A stretch of DNA of 64,000 nt, taken from contig OX597835.1 in the NCBI GenBank assembly GCA_951406725.2, forward strand, positions 40,920,001 to 40,984,000, in the 5' to 3' direction. Each line of letters opens with the position of its first letter. Positions within the stretch are counted from its first letter, which is position 1. The position numbers and the translations under genes are program-made. The stretch is from Octopus vulgaris (lineage: Eukaryota). The notes under the pieces were generated by a model. The model had not been told where the DNA came from and did no database searches. It worked only from the letters and a program-made list of their open reading frames with translations. This document shows positions 24,253-36,325 of the stretch, in pieces.

Positions 24253-24801
24253 TTGGGTTGTCTGGAAAGTTTGTGCTGATTTATAGTAGCTTACATTTCA
24301 ACTAATTTTAGAACATGATTGAGTCCATAAAATAGGATTTGACTACACCTCCATTTAGAGCACAGTTTAAGCTATCTTTTCATGGAAGAAGGTTTATGTT
24401 CCTATAACCTTTGTTAATTCTGTAACCCTTTAAAATAGAAGATAAGAAAGTTCATTTTCGGCACTTGATGCTTTTCTTTTTCCGTAAAGGGAAAAATGCC
24501 TCACAAGCAACCAAAGAAATATGCGCAGTTTACGGTGATTTTTCTTTATCCGAAAGAACAGTACGGAAGTGGTTCACAAGGTTCCGAGCTGGAGATTGCA
24601 GCCTTATTGATAAAGAGCGATCAGGCAGACCAACCACTACAGATGATGACCAAATCAAGTCATTGATAGAGAATAACCTACATTGCACAACCTATCAAAA
24701 TCCATCGTTCATGAGCACCTGGTAAAACTTGGGTAATGGCAAGTATTTATTGACCTTTTTCTTTCCTTTAAAAATTGGCATGAACTTTCCGGACAACCCA
24801 A
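24253..24801 (+). mobile_element. Internally deleted mariner with an extra left TIR at 24035; duplicate 48771-49345 (extra TIR 48552)
   Basis: TA-flanked TIR TTGGGTTGTC(T/C)GGAAAGTT; HTH GKNASQATKEICAVYG...VRKWFTRFRAG...ERSGRP. Confidence 0.88.
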
Positions 24802-25767
24802 TACAACGGTGTTACAGGTGAAGTTATGTTTTAATGACTTACAGACAGAATGTATGAATCATTCTTGGCAGTCAGAAGCAAGAATCACTCTACAGTGATT
24901 ATTTGATAACATACACAATAACCAAGTCCCAAACACCTCAGAATGTGTGAATCATTCTCGGCAGTTCTAACCAAGCATCAATGCTTGACAGCAGTTGTTT
25001 GACAACATACACAATAGCCAATTCCCAAGCATGACAGATTCTGCAAATCATTCTCAGTAGTCAGAACAAAGCGTCAACACAATATCTCAAATAACAGAAA
25101 GCTGTATTTGCCAATTGAACGTGAAATGAAATATGAGCCATTGGGACAACTTTCGCAGACAATGTTGCAATTAACTGCAATTAATTGATATGATAGTAAT
25201 CAATTATTTAATTGGCTGTACGACTCTAATCAATTAATTGGACCAATATATTGCAATTAATTTTTTATCAATTTATTTTTTTACAACCCTTGATATATAT
25301 ATCAAAATGGGGCTAGCTACAGTTGCCCTTGAATTTATAACATAAAAATAAAATCATAATCATAAAATAAAGAGAGTGCAACCCGTGAAAGAAAGATTAC
25401 ACTTAGGTTAATGGGGAGGGCTGTGCACTCTTGGACATAAACACGCAGTGTGTGTGTGCACAGTCAATCCCACTCACTAAGCAACAGCAGCCATAATCCA
25501 AAAAGAACAAGTCAACATCATTGGTCACCACTGAGCCTCAGGTTTTATGTCGGAGTCATCCCAGTTACCTGAGTTACCTTCTCCTAGAAGGATGCCCTAA
25601 CAAAGGCTAGGAGTCCTTCACTCCCAATGGTTTAACCGCGCAATCGGGTATTCAGTTCGATTATTTCTATGTCCCCGCGCATGATACAGCCTTAAGCTGG
25701 ATAAGATTGATATAAGGAGAAAAAAAAAAGAAACATACGATATATATATATATATATATAAACGTTG

Positions 25768-26335
25768 GGATCTTTTCGGTTTAAACGGCAGTTTTTTCTA
25801 GCGGTGTCATATGAAATTGTCACCCATAATTATGACCCTAGTATCGATCTATTGCATTTCAATCTATTTTAGGGTTAGGGTTAGAGTTAAGGTTAGTTAG
25901 GGTTAGGGTTAGGGGATCTTTTCGGTTTGAACGGCAGTTTTTTAAGATAATTTCCACGTTCCTAAACACTTTTAAATTTCGTATACTGGTAGAAAGTGTT
26001 TATAAAACATCTTTTTCTCTTGGCTTTATTGAGAAAATACTATGGTTTGTAAGATATTTGTTGTTGTTTTTTTTCAATTTCTGCAATTTTAATCAATCAA
26101 TGACGTCTATTGGGGTGAAAAACATTCTGTGCCGTATGAATATGTCCCTCGTTTAAGAAACAGATCGGGTTTATTTACATTTCTGAAGGAAAAAAGATAC
26201 CCTTCCCCCCACCCCTAACCCTAACTAACCCTAAAACAGATTGAAATGCAATAGATCGATACTAGGGTCATAATTATGGGTGACAATTTCATATGACACC
26301 GCCAGGAAAAACTGCCTTTCAAACCGAAAAGATCC
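25768..26335. mobile_element. Partial plus full inverted Merlin-like MITE with expanded TTAGGG tract; duplicate at ~50314-50853
   Basis: TIRs at 25768, 25914 and ending 26335. Confidence 0.8.
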
Positions 26336-26601
26336 TATAAAAATATACAATATATAAAAATTAGTGAGAAAAAGGCAGATATACAGTAAATATATAATTA
26401 CACATTTATTGGATGGCCGTTGACTCTCAAGAGTTCTTCCACCCTTTGACGGGTTTTGTTTTTCCTCCCGCAGGGTGTCCAATAAACACCCTCCTTACCA
26501 AGCAAGCTTGGTGGGGTCGCCGGTTTAGTCGCCGACGGCCCGACCATGCAACAGGTTGTACTGGGTTGCATGATTCCAGTAGCACTCAAAAGTGACTTGA
26601 C

Positions 26602-26895
26602 ATATATACATACATACGTACATACATACATACATACACACATACATACACACACACATACATACGTACATACACACATACATACGTACATACGTACATA
26701 CATACATACGTACATACATACATACACACATACATACGTACATACATACATACACACATACATACGTACATACATACATACATACACACATACATACATA
26801 TGTACATACATACATGCATATGTACATACATACATACGCACATACATACATACATACGTACGTACGTACATACACACATAGGCACACACGCATGC
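26602..26895. repeat. (TACA)n compound microsatellite; duplicate ~51541-51710
   Basis: Direct reading. Confidence 0.9.
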
Positions 26896-28187
26896 GCACA
26901 AACAAGAAGGAACGCAGTGTAAATAATGGACTGAGTCAAGACTATTGAAAAGGTTGCAAGATACAACGAAAATTTTAGGACAATAAAAATAAGAAATAAG
27001 TGGACATTTTACTGGCGAGTGTGTTAAATTATAAAGCACAAAAAGAAAATGACTCTCCCCGGACACAACAGAATAATAAAAAAAAGTTACAAGCATTTAA
27101 ATGAATGTAATTTTAGCCAATCAAAAAGCCTCCTTGCCGATGTTGTCATGTTGTCATGGAGACCAGCTTACACAACGAAGTCGAAAACTTTAATAATCCT
27201 CTCTGCTAGAAGCACAAGGAACTAAAATTTGGTGGGCAAGGGGTTAGTCCATTACATCGACCTAGTGCTAAATTGGTACTTAATTTATTATTTTAAAAAG
27301 CTTTAATAATAAAATGTAAGAAGCGAAACAGGAAAAAAATGAATGTAATAGGCGCAGGAGTTGCTGTGTGGTAAGTAGCTTGCTAACCAACCACATGGTT
27401 CCGGGTTCAGTCCCACTGCGTGGCATCTTGGGCAAGTGTCTTCTGCTATAGCCCCGGGCTGACCAATGCCTTGTGAGTGGATTTGGTAGACGGAAACTGA
27501 AAGAAGCCTGTCGTATATATGTATATAAGTGTGTGTGTGTGTATGTTTGTGTGTCTGTGTTTGTCCCCCTAGCATTGCTTGACAACTGATGCTGGTGTGT
27601 TTACGTCCACGTCACTTAGCGGTTCGGCAAAAGTGACCGATAGAATAAGTACTGGGCTTACAAAGAATAAGTCCCGGGGTCGATTTGCTCGACTAAAAGG
27701 CGGTGCTCCAGCATGGCCGCAGTCGAATGACTGAAACAAGTAAAAGAGAAAGAGAATCTCTCTAAAATATTTTTATAAATGTTAAAGATTTAAAAGAAAA
27801 ATCAAAAGTTATGAAAAGACGTTGGCTCAGTTGTAGTTATTTTAACTCAGCTGAGTGATTGCTGCAATAATTTCCGTAAATTACACAACTTGTAAATGTT
27901 GCTATAAGGTACCTAAACACCAATCACAACTTCCTGTCATATCTCTGTTCAGTGTATGGTGGGAGAGTCGTTAAAAATACCAGTCAAGCGTTAAGTAATT
28001 ACTTAGTAGTAGTGGTAGGGGCAACAGCACCCGTTGAGAACATTTGCAGCTGTAACAAAAGGCAGCAGTAGGTCAAATGTCTGTTTCTATTTCTTTTATG
28101 GTCTGAATAATCGCTCACGATTTTCAATTACTGTTATAGATATACTGGGAATATAAACCTAGTTTTTGAGTGCAAGCAACAACAAAG

Positions 28188-28594
28188 ATGGTATCGAAGT
28201 TAACTATATCTGTTTGGTGGCCGTCATCGATATTATTCCTGGTTCTTTTACTATCTTCAACAAGTTTATCCTGGGACGTTACGGCATTTCGGACAGGCAT
28301 CTCTAGCGGTCCGTACAAACCCGATTGGCAATCTCTTGACACACGTCCCACACCAAAATGGTACGACGAGGCCAAAATCGGCATCTTCCTACATTGGGGC
28401 GTGTTTTCTGTACCCAGCTTTCACTCTGCTTGGTTCTGGTGGTATTTTGCAGAGAAACGGAACCCGGTCTATGTGAAATTTATGAAGGACAATTATAGGC
28501 CAGACTTCACCTACCAGGATTTTGCTCCGATGTTCACCACAGAGTTCTTCGACCCAAACCAGTGGGCAGAAATATTTACCAAATCCGGTGCCAG
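28188..28594 (+). CDS. FUCA: FUCA copy 1 exon 1
   Basis: [11 protein letters not shown]...IFTKSGA, donor GTTGTT. Confidence 0.93.
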
Positions 28595-28787
28595 GTTGTT
28601 GTTTATTTTTGTTTTATTTTTCGTTTCTCTTGTTAAATGTTGTTGTTGTTTCCCTGATCCAACACGAGTATGACATTTGTCCCAGTGATGGCCTCATTTT
28701 TTCAAATATCAGGAAGTACGTTGTAGGGATCTTTTCGGTTTGAACGGCAGTTTGACATAATTTCTAGGTAACTAAACACGAAACATC

Positions 28788-28841
<54 letters not shown>

Positions 28842-29349
28842 AAATAGAAAGATGAATAATATTGTATCAGATTAATCAAAAGTTTAACCGATACCTTGGT
28901 AGCAAAAATCGCAGCAGAAAACAGCACGGTTGGAGGTACAACCATATGGTGTTGCAACCGTGCGTTGGTGCGGATAATTGAAATTAAAATATTATTGGTG
29001 AATTGAAGAAATGGAGCTGAAGGAAGATTGAACAGAAATCGTTTTATTTCATTCTACACGTGTTTCGAAAGGCACAATTTACCAAAATCCGATTGAATAA
29101 TGAGACCATATTGTGTCTTTCTCTTTGCCATGGGCTCTTAGGAGCCTAGTTCGATTTGTTTTGCTCCGCCTCTGTTCTGTTTTTGTTTTTTCCAACGGAT
29201 TTCCTATTTCTTCCTGAAGAGAAAGACACAATATGGTCTCATTATTCAATCGGATTTTGGTAAATTGTGCCTTTCGAAACACGTGTAGAATGCAATAAAA
29301 CGATTTCTGTTCAATCTTCGTTCAGCTCCATTTCTTCAATTCACCAATA

Positions 29350-29390
<41 letters not shown>

Positions 29391-30647
29391 GTTTAAATAT
29401 TTGTTGTGCAAGATTTTTTATGTGAAGTCGTGTGTTGAAACAGATATTGTTATATTTCGGAATGGTCATATTGCCAGTTTAGCCAATAAAAACACACGCA
29501 CTATATATTTGGTGTTATTTTGCTTCAGTGATATTTATTTTTTACATTAATCTTAATCTTATTTCGGCCAAAGTTCTTTCGTCACACTCCTGTAATATTT
29601 GTATATAAGATTAAGATATTGTCCACACATAGAACAGATGCAACAATTAGACAAATTACAGAAGCTACACATATAATAGAAAATAAACCTAGCCTGAATA
29701 GAAAACTAGAATGGAGCAATAGCGCACACCACAACATATGACAATAGTGGATCCTGCAAACATAATAAATACACAGGTAATTAAAGAAATAGAAATGAAT
29801 ATCTATATATATGTATATGTGTATATATATGTATATGTATATGTGTATATATGTGTGTATATATGTATATATATGTATATGTATATGTATGTATATATAT
29901 ATATATGTATATGTATATTCTTTTTTTTTTTTTTCTCGATTAGATTTATTATTATTATTACTAATATTGTTGTTATACATACATACAAGCATATGTAATG
30001 ATAATAATGGGTGGATGTAAACACATGAACAAAATTAGAACAAAAGCAACAACAACAAAAACAAAATACAAATTACAAGAATGTATATAACCAGAAGATA
30101 CAAATATTACAGGCATCCCCCCCACACACACACTAAATAAACATAGACGCACATAGAGATATAAGCATGCGCAAATGAAGACATACAATAGAAATACAAA
30201 ATGGCTGACGGTTAGTAAGGAGAGACACAAGTAAGTGAGAAGAAAACAAAGGACCACTGATGCGGTCACAGGAGTGTGACGAAAGAACTTTGGCCGAAAT
30301 AAGATTAAGATTAATGTAAAAAATAAATATCACTGAAGCAAAATAACACCAAATATATAGTGCGTGTGTTTTTATTGGCTAAACTGGCAATATGACCATT
30401 CCGAAATATAACAATATATATATATATATATATATGAAAAAACTAAATATACATAAGTGAAAACTAAAACAATACTTAAATTATTAAATACTTTAAAATT
30501 AAATAAAATACACAAAGATAGTACAAGTCATTAAATTGTAATCAAAATAAGAAATGGTTCAAATATAGACAAACTCCTTAAATAAGCTAACCATATAATC
30601 AATATACATGTGTAGTATCTATAGATTTAATATAACAATCTATAACA

Positions 30648-30694
<47 letters not shown>

Positions 30695-33054
30695 ATATAA
30701 TTCGAGACAAAACCACTATTTTAAAATCAAACAAGGAAAGACTTAATCAATACATAAAATTTTAATATAATTAAAATAAAATAAATAATTAAATAAAATT
30801 ATATTAAAATTTTATGTATTGATTAAGTCTTTCCTTGTTTGATTTTAAAATAGTGGTTTTGTCTCGAATTATATTATATAATATTTTACTATAAAATTGG
30901 ATTTTAATCTGATTTTTCCCTGTAATTTTGGATTCATTCCCTAATATTTATTATTATATATATATATATATATTTTTATTGAAATGGATAAATGAATTAT
31001 CTTGTTACGGATTATTCAAATTATAACCGATACCTGGGTAGCAAAAATCACAACAGAAAAATCACGGTTGAGGTTACGACCATGGGGTATCGCAACCGTG
31101 CCTTAGTGCGGATAATTGAAGTTTTATATATTTAGTGAGGGAAGAAATGGAGCTGAACGAAGATTTTACAAAATTCCTTTTTATTATTTTCTACACATGT
31201 TTCAAAGGCTGCAAATTCCCTAATTCGGATTGAATAAGGAGACGATTTTGCAGCTTTCTCTTCAGGAACATCCAGGAACTTAAATCTCCAAACAAATGCG
31301 CAGCAAGCTTTTCGAACAAACGCTCCCTAGGAGCCCATGGTATGAATGGCACAAAACTGTCTCTCAATATGCGTTGACGTCAGGGTGGGTGAAGGCCGAC
31401 GAAAAAGTCCGTTCAGATAATTCGAGGTCAAATTCCGGTTAACATTGGGTAGGGGAAGAATTACAGAAAACCAAAGAGTGTGAATATATTCTGTATAACT
31501 AGTGTTAATGTTCGAATTGTTTTAAGAATGAAAGCTATCTTATTTGGGTGTGAGAAACTACCTACATGTATGTGTGTGTGCGCCTATGTATGTGTGGCAG
31601 TATGTTTAGGAAGCAGCTAGGGAGAAAATATATTGCAGATATTGTTGGTCAAGCAGCTGATAAAAACCTGTGTCAGTGTGTTCGTCTGTGACCAGTTTAT
31701 AGACAGATGACTTGTCAACAAGGGGAGTATAATCCCTGATATTGTTTCTAAATAAGTAGCAGATCATATGCTAAAAGGGGAGTAATTTCCCCTTTCAAAT
31801 TTAATTCAAAATTTTTTTCCAAATTTTTTTCCTTTCTTAGGCCATCAAAGTGTTAATTATCTTAGACTTCAATTGTATGCAAGAATTGTATGCCGCCTCC
31901 AGTGGGGACATCTAAAAGAGTTTTTCAAAATCGAGTTAACTAGCTGCCCTCGGCCGAACAAAATGTGAAACTTGAAACTCTGAACTTTTTCACCTTCATG
32001 CAACTCTTAACTGCTGTTTAAAGGTTAATTAATTTTTTTTTTCTAAATTCTTTCGTTAGGTACGTTGTTCTAACAAGCAAACACCATGAAGGATTCACCA
32101 ACTGGCCATCTAAATACTCCTGGAATTGGAACTCAAAAGATGTGGGCCCAAACCGAGACCTTGTTGGTTAGTTTATATTTTCCTGAAAATCTTCAACACT
32201 ACCACCACTGTTATCCTCCTCCTCCTCATCTCCATTGGCATATCCTTCACTCTCACATCAGTATATTTATTCCTATCACTCCTTACACCCCACAACCACC
32301 ACCACTACCTAACAAAACAATTAAAGGTGACTTCTTTTTCTCTCCCTCATTCTTCAGGTGAACTTGCAGCTGCCATCAAGAAGACTCCGATCCATTTTGG
32401 TTTGTACCATTCTCTCTTTGAATGGTTCAATCCTATTTATCTACAAGATAAAGCCAACAATTTTACTACCCAAAAGTTTGTTAGGGTAAGTTCAGACCCA
32501 TTCCTGCTTATCTTTCTCTGTCCATCTGTCTGTCTGTTAGTCTGCCTCTCTTTTAATCTGTGTGTCTTTTAACATGACTCCCATCACTATTGCATACAGG
32601 TAGGAACAGATAAACATGAAACTCATAGATCCAACTTCTCTATTCTTTCTTAAGTTCCTATTATTATTTTCTCTCTGCACTGATGAGTACTATGATAATT
32701 TCCAAATTCAAATACAAATTTATAACTATGTTCAAAACAATTGTATGCATGAATAAACTTCATACAACTTTTTCAACATCTTATCTCCTCCATTTTTGAC
32801 AAATATGATTGGATTTGTAGAACTTCATTCCATGAATTAATCATACACTTAATATATATAATTTAACCCTCGGCAACGGAGTATTGGGTCACTGATGAAG
32901 ATTGATTAAATCTGAAATCAGCACTGATATGACTCACTTGTGAGCTTTTAGGAAAGTGGTCTTATGTCGTTAAGAATTGTTTTGATTCTTACTTCTAGCA
33001 ATGCTGGTTCTTACTAGCACCCTCTGTCACTTTAGTGACAACTGTACTTGTTGC

Positions 33055-33094
<40 letters not shown>

Positions 33095-33481
33095 TCATCA
33101 TCATCCGCTTTCCATGCTAGCGTGGGTTGGACGGTTCAACTGGGGTCTGGGAAGCCAGAAGGCTGCACCAGACCCAGTCTGATCTGGCAGTGTTTCTATG
33201 GCTGGATACCCTTCGTAACGCCAACCACTCTGCGAGTGTAGTGGGTGCTTTTTACGTGCCACCGGCACAGGTGCCAGGTGAGGCTGGCAAACAGCCACGA
33301 TCAGATGGTGCTTTTTACGTGCCACCGGTACAGAGGCCAATCGGGGCGGCGCTGGCAACGGCCACGTTTGGATGGTTCTCTTACGTACCACCAGCACTGG
33401 TGTCACAGCTACAATTTCCATTGATGTTGATCGATTTTGATTTTGATTTTGATTATCACTTGCCTCAACAGGTCTTCACGG

Positions 33482-33531
<50 letters not shown>

Positions 33532-35457
33532 TAAACTCTGCTTGCGAAGACCTGTTGAGGCAAGTGAAATCGAAATCAAATTTGATGACAGCCGCATGAA
33601 TAGCATTCTGTCTTATATCCTACCATGTTGTAACTTAGTGCAGTTAAATGTTAATTTATATTTGGTATTCTTTGAAGTTTTCTTCAATAATTTTGTGGAA
33701 CATCTGGAAAATATTGTGCATCACTCTCTTAGGAGACAATCTGAATAGCATCAAAAAAATAACTTTTCCATTTGATTCTTTATCTTTGTGTGTGTGTGTG
33801 TCTGTCCGTGTGTCTTTGTCCTCGGTGTTTCTGTCCTAAATAACTATGTATTTCAATATGTCCTTAGGGGAAAACTATGCCTGAGTTGTATGAACTGGTT
33901 ATGAATTACAAACCTGATGTAATTTGGTCAGATGGTGATTGGGAAGCGCCAGATAAGTACTGGAATTCAACAGAGTTTATTGCATGGCTCTATAATGACA
34001 GGTTTTTATCATCATCACCATTATTATTATTATTATTATTATTTTTCCTTCTTTCTTCAAATTTTCTTCCGTTTCTTGCCGAGTGTTTTCCGTACACCTA
34101 GGGCAGAGAAGCTCATTGTATGCATTCCCAGATTACACACGCAAATTCACAGATAAAATATGTATTTAAAAATTAATAAATAAATAAATCCATGAATGGA
34201 TGTTGTTTTCACAGCGATAATGCTCTTCTCAGTACATGAGCCATTCCAGTTAACATGATTTTTTGCACTTCCTGTCAATTAATAAACGTATTGTGATTGC
34301 AAGGAATCCTCATGTCAACTAATAAACATTATTATTATTATTATTCTATGTTTGACTTTTGCTTTACATTTGCACAAGCTGGCTCCAAGTCTCACCCAGA
34401 GACCTCAAGAGACAACAAATTGGAAGTTGATGTTGGTGTTATGCTTAGGGTGCCATATAATTGGCTTTGTACTTAGTGTTGTATTAGTGAATGTCTAAAA
34501 AAACCATACGAAAATTATGTTTGTTTTAAAACTTGAGATTACATAGAAAGTATTTTGCGTAGGATATGAGCAGTTCCCATGAGCACTATCTTTTGAATTT
34601 CTGCCATTTCTGGGTTTCCTGGTATCTGAGCTAGGTAGCAATCAGCCTCTTTTGCTATCATTCCCAGGGCACCTATGACAACAAATATTGTTTTAGTCTT
34701 CAGGTTCCACATTTTGCTGATTTCTATTTAAAGATCTTTATATTTGCTCAGTTTTTGGTAGGTCTTGACAGATATGTTTATATCGATTGGGACAGTCATA
34801 TCAATGAGGAGGCATTCTTTGTCTGAAGTCTTTCAATATGATGTCTGGCCTATTTGCATCTATCTTTCTTTCAGTTTGAATGGTGAAGTTCCAGAGGAGT
34901 GAGATGTGGTCATTTTCAAGTACTGGAGGTGGTTTGTGTTCCCACCAGTTTTTTTCATGGGGCAAATCCAGGTTTTTGCAAATTACCCAGTGAATATATT
35001 GTGCAGCTCTATCATGCCTGTTGAGATACTCTGTAGGCGCTAGAAGACTGCACTTGGAGACAACACGATCAATGGTTTCATGTTGTTGTTGACATACACA
35101 ACATTTTGGGCTACCTCCGTTCTTTAATATGTAGGCCTGGTAGTTCCTTGTAGGTAGGCATAGATCTTGAGCTGCTGCGATAAACCCTTCTGTTTCAGAT
35201 TTTAAGCCAGAGGCCATTAGCCATTGATGGGTCAGGGCTTTGTCAACATCTGCATTATTCGCTCTCCTTGGGTATTTGCCATTGAGAGGTTTTTCTTGCC
35301 ATTTATTATTCAGAATATCTAAGGCAGCAGTTTTAGCACGGGTTTTCATGCGCTTAGCTTTTTCTGTGCTTGTTTCTTATATGTCTAATTCCGAAATTTG
35401 TTGTATTCGGAATTCACTTAGATATTCCTTTGCCTGTTTTGTTACTGAGTATGATGC

Positions 35458-35492
<35 letters not shown>

Positions 35493-36290
35493 CATTATTA
35501 TTGTGTAACAACAATAAAACTTTTCCCCACACCCTACCTCATGTATGATTAGCTTTTGTGATATGAGTAAATTTAAACCTAGACATCCAGATCTGAAAAA
35601 AATGGGTTGATTAAGTTGTAGTGGCACAAGCAATCAGCGCCATATTGGATGAGATTTCACAGCAGCCATTGCCATCTCCAAGACCGGAGCAAGACCTCAC
35701 CTGCATCCATTTACCATGCACGAGATCACAATAAGGCTCGCGATGGCAAACTGGATATAAGGGACCAACAGAAACAGATTCATTCTCTTTTCACCACAAG
35801 CGCTTGCTGAGCCTGTTCTGTGAAACTTGCAAATAAACCAGTTGTAAATTGCATTTGTACTTAAAGACTTCTTTCCTCACCTGCTGGAGCCTGAACTACA
35901 CAAAGAGCAATATTCACCCGATATCGTAAACCTTGCCGCCCGTTATAAAGTAAAGTAATTGTTTTTGGTGTGATGGGTAAACAATATGCAGTGTTGGCAA
36001 TACGTGGGGAATTCTACGTTTCGTAGGAATTTCAGGAAAATTTTCTCTTATTTCCATACTCTTTACTCTTACTCTTTTACTTGTTTCAGTCATTTGACTG
36101 CAGCCATGCTGGAGCACTGCCTTTTGTCGAGCAAATCGACCCCAGGACTTATTCTTTGTAAGCCTAGTACTTATTCTATCGGTCTCTTTTGCCGAACTGC
36201 TAAGTTACAGGGACGTAAACACACAAGCATCAGTTGTCAAGCGATGTTGGGGGCGACAAACACAGACACACAAAACATATACACACACAT

Positions 36291-36325
<35 letters not shown>

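Larger units (their letters stand above)
21773..25292 (-). mobile_element. Degraded hAT transposon with nested insertions
   Basis: BED finger (WKCKCGKK...GWTNLMNHIKSHH, 23654-23950) and FALVIDNWT DDE segment (~22800-22990); TIR CAGCGGTTGTAAA / CAAGGGTTGTAAA; 8-bp TSD ATATGCAT vs ATATATAT (ATATGTAT in duplicate at ~49837). Confidence 0.75.

Noticed and set aside
25869-25914. Telomere or chromosome-fusion scar
   Set aside because: Short degenerate tract that is an internal part of a MITE
26398-27096. MYVC-repeat ORFs (also 40677-41345 and 51426-51884)
   Set aside because: Tetranucleotide microsatellites
28170-28187. Upstream start in the ORF track (MQATTK)
   Set aside because: GTG start; the ATG at 28188 precedes the signal peptide
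35520-36050. Cys-rich, coding-looking stretch in FUCA intron 4 (also ~62770-63430)
   Set aside because: No recognisable protein family or intact frame
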